Shown here piece by piece: positions 57,894-64,000 of a stretch of DNA of 64,000 bases (within the stretch, counting starts at the first letter, position 1; every line of letters starts with the position of its first letter). The DNA is from Firmicutes bacterium ADurb.Bin080 (GTDB lineage Bacteria; Bacillota; Clostridia; Christensenellales; DTU072), in assembly GCA_002070965.1 (NCBI GenBank), contig MWEH01000095.1, positions 6,349 to 70,348 on the forward strand, given 5' to 3'. Position numbers and translations under genes: made by a program. The notes beneath the pieces were generated by a model. It was not told the origin of the DNA and did no database searches. It saw only the letters and a program-made list of their open reading frames with translations.

Positions 57894-58589
57894 CTATCTC
57901 TTTATTAACTCACCTTTATGAGAGCGAAGAGCCTGCGCGAAATCACTTTCGGTATCGATTCTTACCTCGTCATGGAAATACATGCCGCATCCAATATCAT
58001 TTTTTTGGTGAAAATCACTTCCTGAGGTTTTAATGAGCTTAAACCGTTCTGCCATTTCCTCTGCTTTTTCATTGTGATTGTCGTGACGTGGATTTCCGTT
58101 AAATACCTCTAATCCATGCAAAAGAGAAAAATCAAGGGGAACTACATTCCCTCTGAATGGGTGAGACTGAACAATAATCCAACCTTTTTTCTCGGCGAGT
58201 TCGAAAAGACTTTTTTGGCTTTGATTTATAAGACTCAATCCGTATTCTAAAACCTGTTCAGGAGATATACCATAAAGAAGAATTTCGGAATACTGTGGTC
58301 TGCGGAAACGCTTTTCCTGTCCATTAAGGGATAGTTCTAATCCCATCAGAACCTTGATACCATAAACCGCACAAAAACTCTTCAGACGTTTGAACTCATT
58401 TACATATCTTTTTACCCAGTTGTTCTTCTTGCAGGGATACTCATTCTCAAAACAAGCGAGGTTGAAATGATTTGTGTATATTATCCCTTTGTAGTCCGCT
58501 TTAGAATATATCTTTGCTATTTTTCGAGCAGACACTTTTCCGCAGCCGCTACCCCTGATTGTATGAAGATGAGTTTCCCATTTTTGCAT
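57894..58589 (-). CDS. PHP-domain metal-dependent phosphoesterase
   Basis: ETHLHT near the N-terminus and SGSDFH near the C-terminus (PHP His motifs). Start at the ATG at 58589 after GAGGT. Confidence 0.7.
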   Translation of the reverse strand: MQKWETHLHTIRGSGCGKVSARKIAKIYSKADYKGIIYTNHFNLACFENEYPCKKNNWVKRYVNEFKRLKSFCAVYGIKVLMGLELSLNGQEKRFRRPQYSEILLYGISPEQVLEYGLSLINQSQKSLFELAEKKGWIIVQSHPFRGNVVPLDFSLLHGLEVFNGNPRHDNHNEKAEEMAERFKLIKTSGSDFHQKNDIGCGMYFHDEVRIDTESDFAQALRSHKGELIKR

Positions 58590-58610
58590 ATTTAGTAACC
58601 TCAAAGTAAG

Positions 58611-59930
58611 TTATTTGTATTCTGGCAGATATCCATCTTTTCTATGCTTCTTGTATAAAGCACGGGTCATTTTTTCAATAGCTTCAAGAGTCAATACTGC
58701 CCCGGTATGTGGATCCATCGCAACAGCGTGTACAATATCTTGAAGTTTACCCGTTTTTGCTGCTTTCAAGGTAAGCAGCTGAGGAGTGATATTTGAACAG
58801 TTTATAGCTGCACATTGTTCTGGTAGTGGTTTGCATGTCTGAGGATGAAAACCTTCCTTGTCACAAATAATTGGAACCTCTACGCATGCTTCTCTTGGAA
58901 GATTGGGGATAAGACCCGCACTATTTAAAACACTGCCGTGAAAGTTATATGGTTTATTTGTCCATATGCCCGTAATAATCCGAGACCCATATTCACTGCT
59001 TAATTTGTGATCCATTATTTTCCCTTTCTTAATTTTTCTCGCAGTTATATTCCACCTCAGTATTTGCACACGGCAACGGCGAGGGTATTCATTTAAGGGA
59101 ATTAAGTATTTTGCCCAATATAAAAAGTTTATCCTCTTAATAAACCATGGAACATATTCAGATGTGTGTTCACTGCTTTCGGTAATGTAATAACCAAAAG
59201 TATCCATCATCTTCAACCGCACTTTATCGGCCAAAGCAAGTAATGTCGGATTACGTCCTTTTGCATTCTTTTTTATTTCCGGATAAATATCGTTTCCATC
59301 CTTGTCGTTTACTGAAAGAAGCCAAGCTTGATGGTTTATTCCATATATATCCCACTTTGTCGTTTCTGGGTCAATATCTATTTTCAGCTCTTTCAAAAGT
59401 CTTGGAACACATGATTGAACACTATGGCACAACCCCACTGCCTTTACTTTTGTGTTTGAAAGCAAATATCCGGTTAGCATCGCCATGGGATTAGAGTAAT
59501 TCAAAAAGAAGGCATCAGGACAAACTTCTTCGATGTCTTTTGCAAACTCCTGCAAAACCGGGAAGGTCCGGAGGGCTCGCATAATTCCCCCGACACCCAA
59601 GGTATCTCCAATAGTCTGTTGCAACCCGTATCTTCTGGGAATGCGAAAATCTGTCACTGTACAAGGTCTATAGCCTCCCACTTGAATTGCATTAATAATG
59701 AAATTCGCACCCTTCAAAGCGTCTCTTCTATCAAGAAACTTAAGTACCGTAGCTTTCCCTTTGTACTTCTCGTTCAATTTTGAAATCACCTTATATGATT
59801 CCTCTAATCGCTTTTCATTAATATCGTGTAGAGCAATTTCAAACTCTCCTAGTTCCGGAGTCAGGATACAGTCACCCATCACATTTTTTGCAAATACTGT
59901 ACTTCCCGCACCTAAAAAACAAATCCTCAT
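58611..59930 (-). CDS. glycoside hydrolase family 4 (alpha-glucosidase/alpha-galactosidase/alpha-galacturonidase type)
   Basis: N-terminal NAD-binding ICFLGAGST.F and GH4 Cys-His region GLCHS. Start at the ATG at 59930 after AGGAG. Confidence 0.85.
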   Translation of the reverse strand: MRICFLGAGSTVFAKNVMGDCILTPELGEFEIALHDINEKRLEESYKVISKLNEKYKGKATVLKFLDRRDALKGANFIINAIQVGGYRPCTVTDFRIPRRYGLQQTIGDTLGVGGIMRALRTFPVLQEFAKDIEEVCPDAFFLNYSNPMAMLTGYLLSNTKVKAVGLCHSVQSCVPRLLKELKIDIDPETTKWDIYGINHQAWLLSVNDKDGNDIYPEIKKNAKGRNPTLLALADKVRLKMMDTFGYYITESSEHTSEYVPWFIKRINFLYWAKYLIPLNEYPRRCRVQILRWNITARKIKKGKIMDHKLSSEYGSRIITGIWTNKPYNFHGSVLNSAGLIPNLPREACVEVPIICDKEGFHPQTCKPLPEQCAAINCSNITPQLLTLKAAKTGKLQDIVHAVAMDPHTGAVLTLEAIEKMTRALYKKHRKDGYLPEYK

Positions 59931-59955
59931 ACTACATCTCCTTGATAATAATTTT

Positions 59956-60075
59956 TTAACCAAGAACAATTTTCAAAACCATTGCCCGTTGTACTAATCC
60001 TTTTTTATCCGAAACAATTTACTAACAAGAAAAGTTTTCATAAACCATTGCCTGTTGTCTTAAAACTTTTTATAC
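59956..60075. repeat. two tandem copies (about 66 bp period) spanning the stop codon of fucI
   Basis: On the minus strand: YKKF-TAA (real stop 60060-60062) and IKKD-TAG (59994-59996). Each is followed by ..acaac(a/g)ggcaatggttt..gaaaa..tt(c)ttg(g)tta.. Confidence 0.8.
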
Positions 60076-61859
60076 ATCGCTCCGTATGCTTTGCATGCAC
60101 GATAGTCCTGCCCTTCTTTATCCATGCCAAACGCATTCCAGCATGCCGGACGGAAAATGTTTCCTTCGTCTACATTGTGCATACATACGGGAATTCTTAA
60201 CATTGAGCACATTGTGATTAAGTCTGCCCCTATGTGTCCGTATGAGATTGCCCCATGATTTGCGCCCCAATTATTCATTACATCATATGCTGTTTTGAAG
60301 GCACCTTCTCCTGTAACCCTAGGTGCAAACCAAGTGCATGGCCATGTATAGTCTGTTCTCTTCCAAAGCTTGTCTGTCACTTCATCGGGTAATTTTATAG
60401 TCCAGCCCTCAGCAATTTGCATTACAGGGCCCAAGCCTTTGATAATATTTAACCGGATCATAGTGCAAGGCATTTCCGCTTTGGTCACAAACCGGCTGGA
60501 GTACCCGCCACCGCGGAAATATCCCAAGTCAGCATAAGGCCAAGAGGTTGCTTTCATGCATGCATCTATGTCCTTATCTGTCATTTCCCACCACTTTTTC
60601 ATAATTGCGTTGCCGCCTGAATCTTTTACTTCGCCGCAAGCATCCACACATGCAGCCCCGCTATTAATCAAGTGAATAAATCCGTCCGATTCTTTTGCTT
60701 TTCCCTTCAGAACATGGCCGGTTACCCTCTTAACTGCATCCCCCGACCAATATGTTCTGACATCGGCAAAGATTTGAGCTCTTGAAGTAAGAAGCTTTCC
60801 AAATAGCATACATAATCCATTTAAGCTATCATTTTCCGTGGCAAGGATATACGGCTCCCTTGCCCCATTCCAATCAAACGAGGAATTAAGTATGCTTTCA
60901 GGAAAATCACAGTTAGGGTAAAAGTCTGTCCATTGTCTTTGACCCTGGAAGCCCGCGGCAATTGCGTTATGTCCTACTGCTTCTTCCTCGGCTCCTACAG
61001 GGAGATTCATGTTTCCGTTCATCAGATCCTTAATGATACATGCCATCTTTGCAGTGAACTCCCAGTCTTTTTCCTTTTCCTCTTTACTTTTTTGCATCTT
61101 AGCAGGATTCTTATCAATGTCCGGCTTGCATTTTGTTTTTATCCAATTAAGTGCCTTATTATATTCCTTTTCGTCATAAATACCTTTTTCCATTCTTCTT
61201 ATTACTTCGACTTCATCAACGCTTTCCACCCTCATCCCGAGATAATCTTCAAATAAAGCCGAGTCAACAATAGAACCAGCTATGCCCATACAAATGGAAC
61301 CTATTTGTAGATATGATTTTCCACGCATGGTAGCAACCGCAACTGCACTGCGCGCAAACCTTAGAATCTTTTCTGATACATCGTTTGGAATTGTGGTGTC
61401 GTCCAAATCCTGAACATCTCGTCCATAAATGCCGAAAGCTGGCAAACCTTTCTGAGCATGGCCAGCGAGAACTGCTGCCAAATATACCGCTCCTGGACGT
61501 TCAGTGCCATTAAACCCCCACACGGCTTTTATTGTGTTTGGGTCCATATCCATGGTTTCTGATCCATAACACCAACAAGGAGTAACCGTCAAAGTAATAG
61601 CTACCCCAGCTTTTTTGAATTTATCTTCGCATGCTGCAGCTTCAGCAACTCTCCCTATTGTCGTATCGGCAATTATTACCTTAACTTTTTCTCCGTTAGA
61701 ATAAAAAACGTTATTTTCTATGAGTTTAGCCGCATTTTTAGCCATGTTCATGGTCTGTACTTCCAAGCTTTCTCTCACCTTCAGGGGACCACGTCTCCCA
61801 TCTATAGTGGGTCTTATGCCTATTAAAGGATAATCACCAATCAATCTATTCTCTGCCAT
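60060..61859 (-). CDS. fucI: L-fucose isomerase
   Basis: 599 aa. The N-terminus ..[23 protein letters not shown] and the overall length match FucI. Confidence 0.9.
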   Translation of the reverse strand: MAENRLIGDYPLIGIRPTIDGRRGPLKVRESLEVQTMNMAKNAAKLIENNVFYSNGEKVKVIIADTTIGRVAEAAACEDKFKKAGVAITLTVTPCWCYGSETMDMDPNTIKAVWGFNGTERPGAVYLAAVLAGHAQKGLPAFGIYGRDVQDLDDTTIPNDVSEKILRFARSAVAVATMRGKSYLQIGSICMGIAGSIVDSALFEDYLGMRVESVDEVEVIRRMEKGIYDEKEYNKALNWIKTKCKPDIDKNPAKMQKSKEEKEKDWEFTAKMACIIKDLMNGNMNLPVGAEEEAVGHNAIAAGFQGQRQWTDFYPNCDFPESILNSSFDWNGAREPYILATENDSLNGLCMLFGKLLTSRAQIFADVRTYWSGDAVKRVTGHVLKGKAKESDGFIHLINSGAACVDACGEVKDSGGNAIMKKWWEMTDKDIDACMKATSWPYADLGYFRGGGYSSRFVTKAEMPCTMIRLNIIKGLGPVMQIAEGWTIKLPDEVTDKLWKRTDYTWPCTWFAPRVTGEGAFKTAYDVMNNWGANHGAISYGHIGADLITMCSMLRIPVCMHNVDEGNIFRPACWNAFGMDKEGQDYRACKAYGAMYKKF

Positions 61860-61901
61860 ATTAGTATCTCCTCATTATATTTTCTAAACACTGTTTAATA
61901 C

Positions 61902-62023
61902 TTATTAAAAAACTCCTTCCAGGGACTTTAAATTCCAAAGTTTAGCACAAGGCATTTAATAATTTATTTTAAGACTCCCTCGAGAGGGGTTAAATTCCAT
62001 AGTTTTGCAAGACCTTTAATGAT
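61902..62023. repeat. two tandem copies (62 bp period): the last ~20 codons plus stop of rhaD are duplicated immediately downstream
   Basis: ttattttaagactccctcgagaggggttaaattccatagttttgcaagacctttaatgat (gene end) versus ttattaaaaaactccttccagggactttaaattccaaagtttagcacaaggcatttaataat. Both begin with the TAA complement. Confidence 0.85.
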
Positions 62024-62773
62024 ATCATCCGGAATAATGTTTATTGCTTTCCCAAGTGTCAACATATATATTTGTGCTGTTTTTTCCACTGTTTCAATCA
62101 GTCCAAAAGCCTCATCCATCGTTGCACCTGTTCCGTATATCCCGTGATTTGTCCACACTACCAGGCGGAATTTTTTTATTTTCTCAGCAGTTGCTATCCC
62201 TATTTCATTTGTTCCGCATATCATACAGGGTAATATTCCTACACCATCCGGGAATACTATTACTGCTTCTGTGTTTGACTGCCAAAGCTTGTGTGTGAAA
62301 TCTTTTTCATCCAGAGGGCATACTGTATTCATAGCTATTGTATAGGTGGGGTGGGTATGCATCACAATACGATGTTTTTTATCAACTTCCAGCCTGGAAA
62401 TATGACTCATCATATGTGTTGGAAACTCGGAAGTAAATTTTCCTCCATCCTTGAAACCCCATAATAGTTCGGCAGTGGTTCCGTCAGTCCCTATACGAAC
62501 AATGCCGAGATTTGTCTCTGGATCCTTTTCCACATTTTTAAAATATTTTCCGGTACCTGTTACTATGAAGATTCTTCCAATGAGCTTCTCTGCAGAAAAG
62601 CTGGTAGGAATTTTGCGTAATACCCTTTTCAAGTCGAGATATTCGCTAACTTCTTTTTCCTCAAGCAGATAACTAATATTACCGCCATTTCGCTCATCCC
62701 ATCCAAGCCGATACATATTCGCAGTTGCTTCGCACATTTCCCGCACAAAGGGTGCATTGATAATATCTTTCAT
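61964..62773 (-). CDS. rhaD: rhamnulose-1-phosphate aldolase (class II aldolase)
   Basis: The N-terminal ..LGWDERNGGNIS.. segment is nearly identical in pattern to E. coli RhaD (KGWDERNGGNLT). 269 aa. Confidence 0.85.
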   Translation of the reverse strand: MKDIINAPFVREMCEATANMYRLGWDERNGGNISYLLEEKEVSEYLDLKRVLRKIPTSFSAEKLIGRIFIVTGTGKYFKNVEKDPETNLGIVRIGTDGTTAELLWGFKDGGKFTSEFPTHMMSHISRLEVDKKHRIVMHTHPTYTIAMNTVCPLDEKDFTHKLWQSNTEAVIVFPDGVGILPCMICGTNEIGIATAEKIKKFRLVVWTNHGIYGTGATMDEAFGLIETVEKTAQIYMLTLGKAINIIPDDIIKGLAKLWNLTPLEGVLK

Positions 62774-62823
62774 TTGTTATTTCTCCCAGTTTTTACTTGT
62801 GTTATTATTTTACTTCTATTAGG

Positions 62824-62941
62824 TTATTATCGCAAACATCCAATATTAACCATTTATCGAACCAATCATACTTCCTTTAGTTTATTCCCGCAAACTTTCT
62901 AAACTAACCATTGTTTGAACCAATCATACTTCCTTAATGTC
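62824..62941. repeat. two tandem copies (58 bp period) spanning the stop codon of rhaB
   Basis: ..taaccatttatcgaaccaatcatacttccttta versus ..taaccattgtttgaaccaatcatacttccttaatg. KEV-TGA is present in both (real stop 62924-62926, copy 62866-62868). Confidence 0.85.
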
Positions 62942-64000
62942 AAAAGATTTTTTTATGAGTTTTCTACCTTCTTTTACGGAGAGACACTCTCCTGCCGACA
63001 TCATCTGCACCAGTAGATTGCCTATTGCCGTACATTCTGCTGGCCCAGCAATCACTTTTCGCCCTGTCTTTTGTTTAGTCAGCTCGTTTAACAAGCTGTT
63101 TTGACTTCCACCGCCGATAATGTTCAAAGTTTTATATTGTTTTCCCAACACTTTTTCCAAATCATTTAATGAACGTGCATAATACCGAGCTAAATTATTA
63201 TATATTACATACGCAGTTTCACCAACACTCAATCTTTTCCCGACAGCCGAAAATATTTCTTCAGTCATGCTGTCAGGTGACAGAAAACGCAAATCATTAA
63301 CGTCTATTTCATAGTCCACCGGACTAAGCCTTGCCAAGTTAGTAAGGCCCTCAAAATCATATTTATCATTCAATTCTTTTCGAACACGCTGTATCATCCA
63401 AAGTCCCATTATGTTTTTTTGGAAGCGAAAGGTACCATCGAGCCCTCCCTCGTTAGAATAATCTGCCTCTCGTGACAATTTGTCCGTTCGTGCCTTATCT
63501 TGCTCAACCCCAAGAAGAGACCAAGTGCCACTTGATATATATGGGGTGTTGGAATCAAGCGGAGCAGCAATTACGGCACTTGCAGTGTCATGTGTCGCGG
63601 GCAAAACCACTAAAGCCTTATATCCAACAACCTTTGAAATCTCTTCAGTGAACTCTCCTAGAAGAGTTTTAGGCTGACTGATCCCTTTGAACAATGCTTT
63701 TTTATATCCCAGCCTGTCCAAAATCTCATCATCCCAAGTATGTGTATTAACGTTAATCATACCCGTTGTAGTTGCATGGGTGTATTCCTGCCTCTTGACA
63801 CCTGTTAGACGAAAATGAAAATAGCTGGGTAGCATAAGCATGCTTTCAGCCTTTTCCATCCGTCCTTTGATTAAGTCATCCCAGAGCTGATAAATTGTAT
63901 TAAATGTTGCAAACTGTATTCCGGTTTTTGCATACAGCTCCGCAAATGGGATTTTTTCATGCACCTCTGCAGTAGTTTTTTCAGTACGCGAATCCCTATA
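62924..64000 (-). CDS. rhaB: rhamnulokinase (FGGY family), N-terminus outside window
   Basis: FGGY C-terminal domain pattern (..LNIIGGGSQN.LLN.L.....G..V.AGP.E.TAIGN..). The frame stays open to the window edge. Adjacent to rhaD. Confidence 0.8.
   Translation of the reverse strand, partial: YRDSRTEKTTAEVHEKIPFAELYAKTGIQFATFNTIYQLWDDLIKGRMEKAESMLMLPSYFHFRLTGVKRQEYTHATTTGMINVNTHTWDDEILDRLGYKKALFKGISQPKTLLGEFTEEISKVVGYKALVVLPATHDTASAVIAAPLDSNTPYISSGTWSLLGVEQDKARTDKLSREADYSNEGGLDGTFRFQKNIMGLWMIQRVRKELNDKYDFEGLTNLARLSPVDYEIDVNDLRFLSPDSMTEEIFSAVGKRLSVGETAYVIYNNLARYYARSLNDLEKVLGKQYKTLNIIGGGSQNSLLNELTKQKTGRKVIAGPAECTAIGNLLVQMMSAGECLSVKEGRKLIKKSFDIKEV

Noticed and set aside
1-64000. Mollicutes genetic code 4 (TGA = Trp)
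   Set aside because: Several well-supported genes end at TGA with full-length products (e.g. rhaB stop at 62924-62926 and the TIM-barrel gene stop at 28001-28003). Trp positions are encoded by TGG. The standard bacterial code fits.

Overview
AT-rich chromosomal segment from a low-GC monoderm bacterium (Bacillota or Mollicutes-like). It uses the standard genetic code: TGA and TAG act as stops and TGG encodes Trp. No rRNA, tRNA, CRISPR, transposase or integrase was recognised. About two thirds of the window is ordinary metabolism and transport. Recognised genes include fhs, a CDF transporter, an M20 peptidase, glycerate kinase and deoB-deoD-deoC. There are two Gfo/Idh/MocA + TIM-barrel pairs and a GntR-controlled hexuronate operon (uxaC, uxuA, SDR uxuB-like, kdgK, eda). 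Also present are ogt, a Fic protein, an AcnX (DUF521/DUF126) + OYE/FadH-like reductase cluster, and a GH4 - fucI - rhaD - rhaB sugar cluster. The most unusual region is about 12.1-24.0 kb on the plus strand. It contains an acidic protein with a degenerate EAL-like domain and three paralogous proteins with SipW-dependent (TasA-like) N-terminal signals and a shared C-terminal W-(L/Y)-(E/D)-G motif. It also contains two SipW-type signal peptidases bracketing a membrane-anchored McrB-family AAA+ protein and a nuclease-less McrC-like protein with a long E/K/R-rich coiled coil. The locus follows a 1.1 kb non-coding region with a strong promoter and a structured leader. I interpret it as an expanded tapA-sipW-tasA-like surface-fibre locus coupled to an uncharacterised membrane NTPase module. 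Other notable signals: (i) short (43-66 bp) degenerate tandem duplications spanning the stop codon of at least seven genes, each copy keeping an in-register stop triplet; (ii) a 1898-aa RND permease with hugely expanded extracytoplasmic loops beside a lipoprotein; (iii) a Fic gene bracketed by inverted three-half-site motif arrays. All calls come from reading the ORF translations and the sequence by eye. No database search was run.
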